This document shows positions 35,001 through 44,511 of a stretch of 51,014 bases of DNA, one piece after another. Each line of letters opens with the position of its first letter. Position 1 is the stretch's first letter. The notes below the pieces were generated by a model. The model made no database searches, was not told the origin of the DNA, and worked only from the letters and a program-made list of their open reading frames with translations. Source of the DNA: Chiloscyllium plagiosum. Lineage: Eukaryota. The stretch lies in contig NC_057755.1 in NCBI RefSeq assembly GCF_004010195.1, positions 11,941,660 through 11,992,673 on the forward strand, read 5' to 3'. A program made the translations under genes and the position numbers.

Positions 35001-35410
35001 CTTTTGCAACAACATAAGAGGAAAAGACCATTTCTCCAGTCAAAATTGATTACTCTCTAACCTTAACCATTGAAGCAAGTCCTTCCAGTACCATAACTGT
35101 CCCAAGTTTAGGGTGTGCATTGCAATTGTTTGTTATCCATTGTGATTTGCTGGCCTTTGGCCCGCGCTGAGTGTTTCCTATACACTGCACGTTAACTGAG
35201 CTGTGTTGTCTCTTACAGGGAAGCTGGCAGGACACTCGGCGCTGGCAGCTCACCGTAGCAACCAAGTTACCAGAGCTGGAGGAGGACAGACATGATGGAG
35301 GGTCCAGATACAGAAATCGCTCCTTCAACAGAGGAGGAGGGAGAGGATTCAGCAGGAATCAGAATGGCAGAAGCATGAAGAGAAATTTCAACCGAGCCTT
35401 CAACTGGTAG
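1952..35410 (+). CDS. DDX21: Nucleolar RNA helicase 2 (DExD-box helicase 21), 15 coding exons, ~695 aa; join(1952-2041,2265-2519,4181-4256,8148-8326,10925-11042,15915-16100,18252-18397,20367-20516,21295-21456,21933-22052,23840-23913,24375-24534,28253-28387,34816-34860,35219-35410)
   Basis: Spliced ORF of 2088 nt with consistent phases and GT-AG introns. Motifs Q (FPIQ), I ([10 protein letters not shown]), Ia (PTRELA), Ib (TPGRI), II (DEVD), III (SAT), IV (IIFCETK), V ([10 protein letters not shown]), VI ([10 protein letters not shown]), then GUCT domain; C-terminus [10 protein letters not shown] resembles DDX21 rather than RS-tailed DDX50. Confidence 0.95.
2265..2519 (+). CDS. DDX21: DDX21 exon 2, K/E/S-rich N-terminal region KEKRKHSEK...SEGEIEE
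   Basis: Acceptor TTATAG| at 2264; 85 open codons; donor GAG|GTGAGA. Confidence 0.85.
3615..3842. mobile_element. Inverted pair of Penelope-type terminal fragments with decayed hammerhead core
   Basis: + strand CTGACGA-AGAAGCAGTGCTCC-AAAAGCTA (3636-3664) then AATAAACCTGTTG..GTGTTGTGTGATTTTT; reverse-complement copy at ~3765-3842; same family at 16770-17005. Confidence 0.6.
4181..4256 (+). CDS. DDX21: DDX21 exon 3 [25 protein letters not shown]
   Basis: Matches the DDX21 [10 protein letters not shown] motif; TTTTATAG acceptor, G|GTGTGT donor. Confidence 0.92.
4796..4960. mobile_element. Tigger/pogo-like MITE
   Basis: Perfect 16-bp inverted repeats AGGAACCTCGATTATC (4805-4820) / GATAATCGAGGTTCCT (4941-4956); internal TTATC(C/T)G repeats; related left end at 50669-50691. 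Confidence 0.7.
5384..5597. mobile_element. Palindromic Penelope-related element copy A (intron 3)
   Basis: ~90-bp inverted arms centred near 5508; TSD ATTTTAATTTTCTA 5370-5383 / ACTTTAATTTTCTA 5598-5611. Confidence 0.85.
6400..7572 (+). mobile_element. Degenerate Penelope-like element: inverted terminal fragment (6400-6510), GIY-YIG endonuclease remnant (~6980-7330), 3' repeat with hammerhead-like core (7448-7492)
   Basis: Frameshifted translation [54 protein letters not shown] matches the GIY-YIG pattern; 6400-6510 is the reverse complement of 7415-7550. Confidence 0.8.
6521..6925. mobile_element. Decayed Tc1/pogo-type MITE nested in the Penelope element
   Basis: Starts TACCATATACTCTCAAGTAATAGTTGA, resembling TA-CCGTATATACTCGAGTATAAGTCGA TIRs; repeated G(G/T)GTCAACT(T/G)TTA subterminal motifs. 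Confidence 0.4.
7666..7849. mobile_element. Tigger-like DNA transposon fragment (right TIR)
   Basis: Ends GCAACCTGGGACTGCCTG-TA; internal CTGACTT(A/G)T repeats. Confidence 0.5.
8148..8326 (+). CDS. DDX21: DDX21 exon 4 (Q motif, Walker A)
   Basis: [14 protein letters not shown]...[27 protein letters not shown] acceptor, AAG|GTAAAG donor. Confidence 0.95.
8655..9880 (+). mobile_element. CR1-type LINE 3' portion with nested opposite-strand LINE
   Basis: [10 protein letters not shown] start; ORF 9658 [20 protein letters not shown]1 tail at ~9850-9880. Confidence 0.85.
8716..9117 (-). mobile_element. Young CR1-type LINE 3' end inserted in host CR1
   Basis: Minus [41 protein letters not shown]; 5-bp duplication TCAAT 8711-8715 / 9118-9122; same family as 38045-39045. 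Confidence 0.85.
10345..10909 (+). mobile_element. Internally deleted CR1 fragment whose tail abuts the exon 5 acceptor
   Basis: [13 protein letters not shown] fused to [19 protein letters not shown]; tail GTCTGTTTCTGTGCTGTATAACTCTAT ends ~10909. Confidence 0.85.
10618..10835. mobile_element. Palindromic Penelope-related element copy B (intron 4), perfect 89-bp arms
   Basis: 10652-10740 is the exact reverse complement of 10747-10835 (loop AGGAAA); TSD (ACT)ATATCAATTTA 10604-10617 / 10833-10846. Confidence 0.9.
10925..11042 (+). CDS. DDX21: DDX21 exon 5 (motif Ia, GG)
   Basis: [44 protein letters not shown] acceptor, A|GTGAGT donor. Confidence 0.95.
12490..13930 (+). mobile_element. Old CR1/L2-type LINE fragments
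   Basis: Decayed [14 protein letters not shown]-like and RVVRMWNL-like segments; LINE tails at ~13820 and ~13930. Confidence 0.65.
14070..14530 (-). mobile_element. CR1-type LINE 3' fragment
   Basis: Homologous to the 310-1350 and 29013-29480 tails. Confidence 0.8.
15915..16100 (+). CDS. DDX21: DDX21 exon 6 (motifs Ib, II DEVD)
   Basis: [40 protein letters not shown] donor. Confidence 0.95.
16410..16634. mobile_element. Palindromic Penelope-related element copy C (intron 6), hammerhead cores intact on both strands
   Basis: Inverted arms around 16500-16509; TSD CAGAGTAACGTA 16399-16410 / TAGAGTAATGTA 16635-16646. Confidence 0.88.
16770..17005 (-). mobile_element. Penelope-type terminal fragment with decayed hammerhead core
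   Basis: Reverse complement of the 3600-3720 family (..AAGGAGCAGTGCTTCGAAAGCTTG.. on minus). Confidence 0.6.
18252..18397 (+). CDS. DDX21: DDX21 exon 7 (motif III SAT)
   Basis: [51 protein letters not shown] donor. Confidence 0.95.
20367..20516 (+). CDS. DDX21: DDX21 exon 8 (motif IV)
   Basis: [47 protein letters not shown] donor. Confidence 0.95.
20545..21020. repeat. Degenerate ~44-bp minisatellite (about 11 units), consensus CCCCAGTGTTATACAGTGACAGACCTGTCCCCACCAGTACTGTA
   Basis: CAGTGACAGACC / CCCCAC(T/C)AGTACTGT motifs recur at ~40-44 bp spacing. Confidence 0.75.
21295..21456 (+). CDS. DDX21: DDX21 exon 9 (motif V)
   Basis: [50 protein letters not shown] donor. Confidence 0.95.
21597..21705 (+). 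mobile_element. Decayed Penelope-related terminal fragment
   Basis: TTCCGAAGAAGTCATTGCACTTGAAACTTTAACTC...TTCCAGCATCTGCAGT; shares the CCAGCATCTGCAG end with copies A-D. Confidence 0.45.
21933..22052 (+). CDS. DDX21: DDX21 exon 10 (motif VI)
   Basis: [35 protein letters not shown] donor. Confidence 0.95.
22198..22510 (+). mobile_element. HE1-type tRNA-derived SINE
   Basis: A-box TGGTTCAGTGGTTAG, B-box-like AGTTCAATTCC, core GTGTGGAGTTTGCACATTC, LINE-like tail. Confidence 0.85.
22870..23156 (-). mobile_element. tRNA-headed Deu-domain SINE (SacSINE1-like)
   Basis: Minus strand begins GGGAGGTAGTGGCGTAGTG; Deu-like core (CAGATTTCCTTCTCTAAAGG on +). Confidence 0.65.
23292..23502. mobile_element. 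Palindromic Penelope-related element copy D (intron 10)
   Basis: Inverted arms centred at ~23381; perfect TSD TTATTATTGAACTC 23278-23291 / 23503-23516. Confidence 0.88.
23840..23913 (+). CDS. DDX21: DDX21 exon 11
   Basis: [32 protein letters not shown] acceptor, CG|GTACAG donor. Confidence 0.92.
24375..24534 (+). CDS. DDX21: DDX21 exon 12
   Basis: [47 protein letters not shown] donor. Confidence 0.95.
25168..25305 (+). mobile_element. Deu-domain SINE fragment
   Basis: CCATCTAGTTCACTAATGTCCTTTTGGGAAGGAAAT..CCAGACCCAG..TCTTAACTGTCCTCTGG; reverse-complement homolog of 22870-22980. Confidence 0.65.
26120..26990 (+). mobile_element. CR1-type LINE fragments
   Basis: Decayed ORF2 pieces; ORF 26659 [23 protein letters not shown]; tail at ~26990. 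Confidence 0.65.
27583..27885 (+). mobile_element. HE1-type SINE, well preserved
   Basis: GGGTGGCACAGTGGTTAGCACTGCTGCCTCACAG, B-box GGTTCAATTCC, CpGs retained, (TGTAA)n tail. Confidence 0.92.
27949..28228 (+). mobile_element. HE1-type SINE ending ~25 nt upstream of exon 13
   Basis: TGGCTTAGTGGTTAGCACTGCTGCCTCACAG head and core. Confidence 0.85.
28253..28387 (+). CDS. DDX21: DDX21 exon 13 (GUCT domain)
   Basis: [54 protein letters not shown] donor. Confidence 0.93.
28430..31960 (-). mobile_element. Nested CR1-type LINEs: + fragment 28430-28640; minus element 28640-29012 continuing 30035-31960, interrupted by a second minus CR1 29013-30020
   Basis: Minus ORFs FADDTKIGG (29789-30016), EN-region [21 protein letters not shown] (31488-31844); two distinct 3' tails at 28640 and 29013. 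Confidence 0.85.
32060..34745 (+). mobile_element. Mosaic of CR1-type LINE fragments in intron 13
   Basis: [21 protein letters not shown] (31978 ORF) and several further copies; tails at ~32420, ~33965, ~34745. Confidence 0.8.
34816..34860 (+). CDS. DDX21: DDX21 exon 14 (45 nt)
   Basis: [23 protein letters not shown] acceptor, AAG|GTACGG donor. Confidence 0.92.
35219..35410 (+). CDS. DDX21: DDX21 exon 15 (coding part; end of GUCT and RGG tail)
   Basis: [21 protein letters not shown]...[30 protein letters not shown] at 35408-35410. Confidence 0.93.
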   Translation, partial: GSWQDTRRWQLTVATKLPELEEDRHDGGSRYRNRSFNRGGGRGFSRNQNGRSMKRNFNRAFNW

Positions 35411-35634
35411 TGGGGCATGACCAGGCACCTGCCACACCTCAGATGAGGATACTTTTACATAACTCACCTGACTGTCCAGTTACTGATTTACAGGCTGCCC
35501 AGGCCGTGCGTGACAGTTTTATATATTTATCACGCAGCAATTTTGAATGCAGAGGATGTTGGCTGGTATTAATTGGGCAACAGCGAGGTGTTGGAATCAA
35601 GAGATCATTTACTTGGATGGATGGTTACAGAGAA

Positions 35635-35640
35635 ATTAAA
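35635..35640 (+). terminator. Candidate polyadenylation signal ATTAAA of DDX21
   Basis: First A(A/T)TAAA hexamer I find after the stop (about 225 nt downstream); next AATAAA at ~36659. Confidence 0.45.
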
Positions 35641-36282
35641 AAGTATTCCTTTAGCTGTGAAAATTGTGAACATTTGTTAACCAGCACAAGCACAAGTACT
35701 ATATCTTCTGTGCAGACATCAGGAGGGTGTTACTGGAGACTAGCTTTGGCATGATCCCTCAGAGATCTTGCTCTCTGTTTGATGCATGGCTTCTTGGACT
35801 GAGAGCAGGGTGTTCTATCAAGGAACACTGCAATTGAACTTGGTCCTCAAGTCACCAAATGGCTGCATATCACTTCCCTAGCAGTGATTGAGTAGGAGTG
35901 CTGGATGGTTCTTTCTTCATTTCTGCTAAGGCCACTTGTGGCTTAGAGATCAGTTATCTCACTAGAACTGTAGGCATAATGTGAAATGTTTGTGCGTTGG
36001 TTGCCCTCTGTGCATGGTGTATTTGGCAGCTTTCCTGCCAGAGGCAGCATCTTTTCTCTTTGTAATGCTTGCAGCAACTTGGTACTGATAGTTATTATCA
36101 ACCAAATAGCAGCTCAATTCAACCACTTTCCTTTTATGTTGAGTTGTAGGCAGAAACTACTTAACTTTTGGAGCAGGCTATCTTTATTATGCTGTGTTTA
36201 TGATATTGGTCATTACTTAACAAAAACACTTTTGAATTGATTGGATCACAAGATGTTTGCGAAGAGTGGTTGGCCAATCTTT

Positions 36283-36572
36283 CATAGAAGTCATAGAATC
36301 CAAACAGTGTAAAAACAGGCCATTTGGCCGAATGGGTCCTTACCAAACAGCATCCCACCCAGACCCATCCCTCTACCCTGATACTTCCTATGGCTAACTT
36401 ATCTAGCCTGCACATCCCTGAACACTACGGGCAGTTTAGCAAGATCAATCTGCCTAACTTGCACACCTTTGGGCTGTGGGAGAAAACTCCACACAGACAA
36501 TTGCCTGAGGTTGGAATCGAACCCAGGTCCCAGGTGCTGTGAGGCAGCAGTGCTAACCGCTGTGCCACCCAT
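36283..36572 (-). mobile_element. HE1-type SINE
   Basis: Reverse complement of the 27583 family (GTGAGGCAGCAGTGCTAACCGCTGTGCCACCC). Confidence 0.85.
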
Positions 36573-37319
36573 GAATGAATCTTCTCTGAATTGCTTTGAG
36601 TGCAATTATATTCTTTCTGAAACAGCTGGAGCAAAATGTCCCTAATCCATTCCTTTGCAATAAACAACATTCCATTGGCCTTCCTAATTCTTTCTTGTAC
36701 CTGTGTGCTAAATCCTTCTTTGACTACAAGCTCTCATTAATATTCAGATAACATTCTACATTCTGCCCTTTCGTCCAAGTCATTGATGTTGATTATAAAT
36801 CGTTTAAGCCCCAGTGTTGATTCCTGGAGCACTCTACTTGTTGCAAACTTGAAAATAACCAATTTCAGTGGACTGTCTGATTTCTTATAGCTGTCCAGTA
36901 ATCTATACAAACATTACCTGCCACGATAGATCTTATTTTGTCTAGTAATCTTTGATGTGACACAGATCTTTTGGAAATTGAGTGCCCCGCATCTACATGT
37001 TCCCCTTTATCCATATTGCTTGTTATTTTCTTAAAGAGCTGTAATAAATTGACCAAGCATGAATTCCCTTTCGCAAACTACATTGACTGCCTGATTGCAC
37101 TGAAAGCTTGTTAGTATTCTGCTATTACCTTTGGGAGAACAATTCCAGTATTTTTTCTATGATAGAACTTAAGCTAACTAGCCTTTAGCTTTCCTGCTTT
37201 TCTGTCTCCCTGCCTTGAATGAAGGAGTCGCGTTTATTCTAATCTGATGGTAATTTTTCATAGTTTCATATGTCTACCATCTCTGCAGCTAATTCATAGT
37301 CATGCAGCATGGAAATCAT

Positions 37320-37657
37320 AAAAGAAACAGAATCCCTGCAGGCCATTCGACCCAAAGATCACACTGACTTCGAAGAACATCCCACCCTGACTCACCACCT
37401 TACCTTATCCCTGTAACCCTGCATTTCCCATGGCTTATCAACCTAATCTACAAATCCATGGATATTATGAGCAATTTAGCATTGCCAATTCACCTAACCT
37501 TCACATCTTTGGATTGTGAGAAGAACCGGAACACCCGGAGGAAACCAAAGGAGAGAATGTACAAACTCCACACAGACAATTGCCCAAAACTGGAATTGAA
37601 CCCAGGTCCCTGGTGCTGTGAGGCAGCAGTGCTAACCACTAAGCCACCGTGCTACCC
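37320..37657 (-). mobile_element. HE1-type SINE
   Basis: GAGGCAGCAGTGCTAACCACTAAGCCACCGTGCTACCC head on minus. Confidence 0.85.
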
Positions 37658-38044
37658 TAACAAAGGAAACTACACCCTTGGTCCAACTCGTCCAGGCTGG
37701 CCAATTTTCTCAAACTAAACGTGCTTGTGTTTAGCCCGTATCCCTTTCCTATTTAAGTACCTACCCAAATTTTAAGTGTTCTAACTACTGTACCTGCATT
37801 TACCACTTCCTTTGGCAGTTCACTTCAAATACAAATCACCCTCTGTTTGAAAAACTTACCCCTCAGGTCTCTTAAATCTTTCTCCTTTCATTTTAAAAAT
37901 ATGGCCCCTAGTTTTGAACTCCCCAGTGAAAAAACTTTTTCTATTCACCTTATCTATTACCCCTCATGATTTTACAAATCTTTATAAAAGTCGCCCCTCT
38001 CAGTCCAATGAAAAAGTTCCAGGCCTATCCAGCCTCTCTTTATG

Positions 38045-39540
38045 ACAATAGACAATAGGTGCAGGAGTAGGCCATTCAGCCCTTCGAGCCTGCACCGCCA
38101 TTCAATATAATCATGGCTGATCATTCCTAATCAGTATCCTGTTCCTGCCTTATCTCCGTAACCCTTGATTCCACTATCTTTGAGAGCTCTATCCAACTCC
38201 TTAAATGAATCCAGAGAGTGGGCCTCCTCCACTGCCCTCTGGGGCAGAGCATTCCACACAGCCACCACTCTCTGGGTGAAGAAGTTTCTCCTCAGCTCTG
38301 TCCTAAATGGTCTACCCCATACTTTTAAGCTGTGTCCTCTGGTTCGGCACTCACACATCAGTGAAATATGTTTCCTACTGCCAGAGTGTCCAATCCTTTC
38401 ATAATCTTACACGTCTCAATCAGATCCCCTCTCAATCTTCGAAACTCAAGGGTATAAAAGCCCATTCGCTTCAGTCTTTCAGTGTAAGGTAATCCAGCCA
38501 TTCCAGGAATTGACCTCGTGAACCTACACTGCACTCCCTCAATAGCCAGAATGTATTTTCTCAAATTTGGAGACCAGAACTGCACACAATACTCCAGGTG
38601 TGGTCTCACCAGGGCCCTGTACAGCTGCAGAAGCACCTCTTTGCTTATATATTCAATTCCTCTTGTTATGAAGGCCAGCATGCTATTAGCCTTCTTCACT
38701 ACCTGCATGCTTACCTTCATTGACTGGTGTACAAGAACACCAATATCTCTCTGTACTGCCCCTTTACATAAATGATTCCATTGAGGTAGTAGTCTGCCTT
38801 CCAGTTCTTGCTACCAAAGTGGATAACCATACATTTATCCACATTAAACTGCATCTGCCATGCATCTGACCACTCACCTAACATGTCCAGGTCACCCCGT
38901 AATCTCCTAACATCCTCATCACTTTTCACCCTGCCACCCAGCTTAGTATCATCAGCAAATTTGCTAATGTTATTACTAATACCATCTTCTATATCATTAA
39001 CATACATTGTAAAAAGCTGCGGTCCCAGCAAGGATCCCTGCGGTANNNNNNNNNNNNNNNNNNNNNNNNNNNNNNNNNNNNNNNNNNNNNNNNNNNNNNN
39101 NNNNNNNNNNNNNNNNNNNNNNNNNNNNNNNNNNNNNNNNNNNNNNNNNNNNNNNNNNNNNNNNNNNNNNNNNNNNNNNNNNNNNNNNNNNNNNNNNNNN
39201 NNNNNNNNNNNNNNNNNNNNNNNNNNNNNNNNNNNNNNNNNNNNNNNNNNNNNNNNNNNNNNNNNNNNNNNNNNNNNNNNNNGGTCCTTCAGCCACTGTT
39301 ATCTCAGGGAGATTGCTTGTGTCTTCCCCAGTGGACACAGATCTGAAGTACCCATTTAATTCCTCTGTCATTTCTTTGTTCCTAGTAATATATTCCCCTG
39401 TTTCTGTCTTCAAGGGCCCAATTTTTGTCCTAACCATTTTTTTGCCTTGCACATACCTAAAAAAGCTTTTACTATCCTCCTTAATATTCTTGGCCAGTTT
39501 ACCTTCGTACCTCATTTTTCCTCTGCGTGTTTCCTTCTTA
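38045..39540 (-). mobile_element. Relatively young CR1-type LINE (ORF2 RT) spanning the assembly gap
   Basis: [58 protein letters not shown] tail repeats at 38044-38057; ORF2 linker KSFFRYVQGK..IGPLK beyond the gap. Confidence 0.92.
39046..39282. other. Assembly gap (237 N)
   Basis: Run of N. Confidence 1.
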
Positions 39541-39728
39541 GTAATCCTAACTTTATAACTCAAACCCTCCAGTCCTGGCAATCTCCTGGTAAATCTTTCC
39601 GGAACCCTGTCCAATTTAATATCCTCTTGTTCCTTCTTAGTAATCCTAACTTTATAACTCAAACCCTCCAGTCCTGGCAATCTCCTGGTAAATCTTTCCG
39701 GAACCCTGTCCAATTTAATATCCTCTTG
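39531..39728. repeat. Perfect 99-bp tandem duplication
   Basis: 39531-39629 identical to 39630-39728. Confidence 0.92.
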
Positions 39729-42700
39729 CTACCTCAACATTCCCTTTGAGGAAGGACGAATGTTTTCAATGTGAGGTCAAAGGGTTCTCAAAGAATTCTT
39801 CCCTTCTGGAAATTATTTATTTCAGGGTGGCCAGAACTATACGCAGTACTCTAAAAGTGGCCTCACCAACATTCGTACAACCTTAACATGGCGTGCCAAC
39901 TCATGTACTCAATGGTCTAGGCAATGAAAGCATGAATGACAAACACCACCTTAACCAACCAACAAATCTATCTGTGACACAATTTGCAGACTGATATAAG
40001 TGAGTGCAAAAATCTAGCAGATGAAGTATATAATGTGAGAAAATGTGAAGTCTTCACCTCAGCAGAAAGTATTTAAAAAGAGTATTATTTAAATGTAAAA
40101 TGACCTGAAGAATTCTAAGGTGAAATGAGATCTGTGTTCTAGTGCCAAAGTCATACTCAGTATGTACAGAAAGTGATTAAATTGGCTATTGGAATACTAT
40201 TCATTACTACAAGGGAATGTTACTATAAAAGGTTTGGAGGTTATGTTTCAGCTACAGTGCATTGGTGAGACAATATCTCAAGCCAATTAATCAGCACTTT
40301 TCCTCTTAGGCAGTATCTATCTTCGTTTTCCCCTTGATATTGTGAAATGTCTTTAGTATAAAATGGAAAGCTTTGACAAAATCAGTCTTTTTAGCAATTT
40401 TTTTTTAAGGAAGGATGTAAATACGTTGGAGAGGGTTCAAAGGAGATTTACTAGATTGATACCTGGAACGACTAAGTTGGTTCTAGAAGAACAGGCTGGG
40501 CTCGTTTTTACTGAGTTTAGAAACGTGAGGGGTGACTTGAATGTTTTTTTTATAGAATCCCTGCAGTGTGAAAACAGGCCATTTGGCCCAACAAGTTCAC
40601 ATGCTGACCCTCCAAAGAGGACCCTACCCAGACCCATTTCCCTGCCCTATTACTCTACGTTTCACTTGACTAATACCCCAAACTTGCACGTCCCTGAACA
40701 CTGGGCAATTTAGAATGGCCAAGTTTAAAAGTTCATGAATGGTCTTGACCAGGTGGATGTGGAAAGAATGTTTCCTTTCGTAAGTGAGGAACAAGAAAAC
40801 ATGTTTTGAACTTACAGGGTTGCCCTTTTAGGACAGAGATCAACATTTTTCTTTCAGAGGGTTGAAAGACTTTGGGACTCTCCCATCTGCAGATCCCCAC
40901 TATCTTTCTTAGAACATTCCAGTATATATATTTTAAGTTACACTTTATAGAAATTACAAACAAGATGTTAAGTTTCTCTACAGAAGAAGAATGTGAAATA
41001 CTGACTAAAAACAGGCAGAACAGCAGAATCCTTAACTTATAAAGGCAATGCATAAATAATTGAAAAACACTTTTTAAAAAGTTGATGTAAAAAATGCCAT
41101 TAGAACTAGGCAGATAACATTGTAGGTGCAAATGGTCTCCTCAACTATAAAGTTCTGTGATTTTTAAATTATTGCTTTGTCAAGATCCTTGGGTTTACTG
41201 GTCCCAACACGATTCTACTGTTTCCACCTCCTAATATGAATCTTGGTGGTATCAGCACTCTGTTGTTGCCTTTGGTTCCCATATGAGCCCAGTCTCACCT
41301 GACTCCCCTGTGAGCTAATGCTATTGTGCTGTCCTCTGTTCTAGACTTACAGCCTATATACATCACTTAACATGCTCTTAAGTTTTAGCTGCAGCTTTTT
41401 GAGACTAGGGCTTTTTTGTCCTATCCTCTTGCTACCTCAACAATTGAAATTCCCTTTGAGGAAGGACGAATGTTTTCAATGTGAGGTCAAAGGGTTCTCA
41501 AAGAATTCTTCCCTTCTGGAAATTATTAAACATTCAATCAAAATGTCCAAGTCAGCAAAATTTAACCTATCTGTTCCTTCATCCTGCCCTCCATGTTTGT
41601 TGCCTTCTGACTAAGATATCAAACTCAGCAGAGTGGGTGACCTATAATTTTAGGGGAAAAAATCTATACCTTTAGGTGGATGGCATTGTTGGGACATTAC
41701 TAGTAAGATGGCTGTGACTCAGTTAAAGAAAAAGAAATTATCAGACATGGTGGGCATTGTAGCTTCGGTGCATACAAGCAGGATTGACAGTTATTCACGA
41801 ACTTGAGTATAAAATAATCAGTTACCCTGAACACCAAATAAAAATCTCAAAATAGCAGCAAATAATGCTTATTTTCTTAATCTCCAAATGTTTCATTATT
41901 TCAAATCATGGATTAAAATCAAGCTTATGAAACAAGTTATAAATTTTTACATGCCAGTGGAAAAAAGCATAGTCAACTGTACCTTTTCTCTCCGGATCGA
42001 CTAAAGACTTGAGAATGAAAGCTATCCGGATCTAAGGGTTTGTTGTCTTTTCATTGTAATTTGTTTTAGCATCCTGAATTGTTTTTGATATTCCATCCAT
42101 TTCATTTTGAGATTGGAATTATTATGTTAGTCATAAGCAAAATAACTGTTCAAATATCTGTCATTTTCTGATGATTATTTCCAGACACACCAGAGGGCTA
42201 CTGCTTGCTTGCTTACTCTTTTCCTTTTTTAAATATCTGTCCAAACTGTGTTGATATTTCCAGCTAGTTTAATCATGTACTGTAATTTCTCCCTTCTTTA
42301 GTCATTCTTTGCTTTTAGTATTCTGTCCAATCTTATCTGTCCATGATCTTCACAGAACTGTATTTTCTACAAATATGCACACCTTTGGAGTAATTGGCAC
42401 TTAAACCCAAGCCTCCTAGGGCTCTACCACTGCACCAGAACAACCCATCCTCATAGGTATTTTTTCTTTTAATTTTTATATGATCTTTAACTTCTTTGGT
42501 TAGTCAAGGTTGGTTTTTGTTTGCCTTGCATTTTTCTCGCTGGAATGACTTTTGAATATTATGTCTGTTATTTCATCTCTATTTATCTCTTTAATCTAAT
42601 TTTTCTTTTTTTTGCCAGCCCTGTCTTCATCCCCTGATTATTGCCTGATTTAAATTGAAAACACCCTAGTCTTGGATACATTTTGCTCTCCCTCAAAACC

Positions 42701-44511
42701 AGTCCAAAATTAAATCATTATCATCGCCGCTAGAGGTATTTTTCTACTGAGATTATAAATTCATCCTGTCCCATTACACATCTGATCTAATACAGTCTGC
42801 TTTGTGGTTAGCTGATATAAATGTTGATGAAAATCACCTACAATTACTGACATTACCTTTCCAGCATTTGACCCATATCCCTTTAAACTATTCATATACC
42901 CATCCAGATGTCTTTTAAATGTTGTAATTGTACCAGCCTTCACCACTTCCTCTGGCAGCTCATTCCATACAAGGACCACCCTCTCCTTGAAAATGTTGCC
43001 CCTTAGAGTCCTTTTAAATCTTTCTCCTCTCGCCTTCAACCAGTGCCCTCTAGTTTTAGTTCTCCTTACCTGAGGGAAAAGACCTTGACTATTCACCCTA
43101 TCTGTCGTCCTCTATTAGATCATCCCTCAGGTTCAAATCCTCCAACCCTGGCAAATCCTTGTAAACTTTTTCTGAGCCCTTTTAAGTTTCCCATCATCCT
43201 TTCTATATCAAGGAGACCAGAACTGAACGTAGTATTCCTAAAGTGGCCTAACCAGTATCCTGTACAGCCTAAACATAACCTCCCACCTCCTCTACTCAAT
43301 GCACTGACCAATAAAGATGTGTACCAAATACCGCCTTCACTACTCTGTTCATCTGTGACTGCACTTTCAAGAAACTATGAACCTACAGTTCAAGGTAATT
43401 TTGTTCAACAACACTCCCCAAGTATTTTTACCATGAAGTGTAAAAGTCCCGCCCTAATTTGCTCGATCAAAATGTGGCACCTCACGTTTGTCTAGATTAA
43501 ATCTCAATAAGGCTGATGGAAAAAGTAGTCACATGGAGTCCAGGGAGTACTAGCTAGATGGATTAAGAAATGGCTGGGCAACAGGAGACAGTAGTAGTGG
43601 AAGGGAGTTTCTCAAAATGGAGAACTGTGACTAGTGGTGTTCCACAGAGGTCTGTGCTGGGACCACTTGTTTGTTATATACATAAATGATCTGGAGGAAG
43701 GTATAGGTAATTTGATTAGCAAGTTTGCAGATGGCACAAAGATTGGTGGAGTAGCAGATGGTGAAGGGAATGATCAGAGAATACAGCAGAAGACTGGAGA
43801 GTTGGTCAGAGAAATAGGTGGAGTTCAATCCAGGCAAATGCAAGGTGATGAATTTTGGAAGATCCAGTTCAAGCGAGCTATTTGGTAAATGGAAAAGCTC
43901 TCGGGAAGAAATCTGGGTGTTCAGGTCTGTTATACCCTGAAGATAGCAACATAGGTCAACAGAGTGGTCAAGAAGGCATATTACATACATCATCGGATGG
44001 GGTATTGAATACAAGAGTTTGCAAGTCGTGTTACACTTGTATAAGACTTTGGTTCAACCACATTTGAAATACTGCATACAGTTCTAGATGCCACATTACC
44101 AAAAGGATGTGGATGATTTGGAGAAGGTGTAGAGGAGGTTCACCAGGATGTTGCCTGGTACGGTGGGTGCTAACTATGAAGAGGTTGAGTAAATTAGGAT
44201 TATTTTCATTCGAAAGATGGAGGTTGAGGGGGGGATCTGATTGAGGTCTACAAAATCATGAGAGGTATAGACAGGCTGGATAGCAAGAAGCTTTTTCCCC
44301 AGAGTGGGGGGCTTCATTACTAAGGGTCATGAATGAAAAATGAGAGTTTAAGGGAGATATGCAAGGAAAGTTCTTTATGCAGAGGATGGTGACTGCCTGG
44401 AACATATTGCCAGCGGAGGTGATAAAGGCGGGCAGGATAACGTCATTTAAGATGTATCTAGACAGATACATGAATGGGAAGGGAACAGAGGGCTACAGAT
44501 CCTTAGAAAAG

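Noticed and set aside
1952..35410. Calling the gene DDX50
   Set aside because: No RS-rich tail and the KRxFxxAF ending is DDX21-like; formal orthology still needs a tree
38997..39713. 238-aa minus ORF with an internal 33-aa repeat
   Set aside because: Artefact of the N gap, CR1 ORF2 pieces and the 99-bp duplication
40900..42800. Repeat-poor stretch as possible exons of a neighbouring gene
   Set aside because: AT-rich, no convincing exon with recognisable protein similarity on either strand
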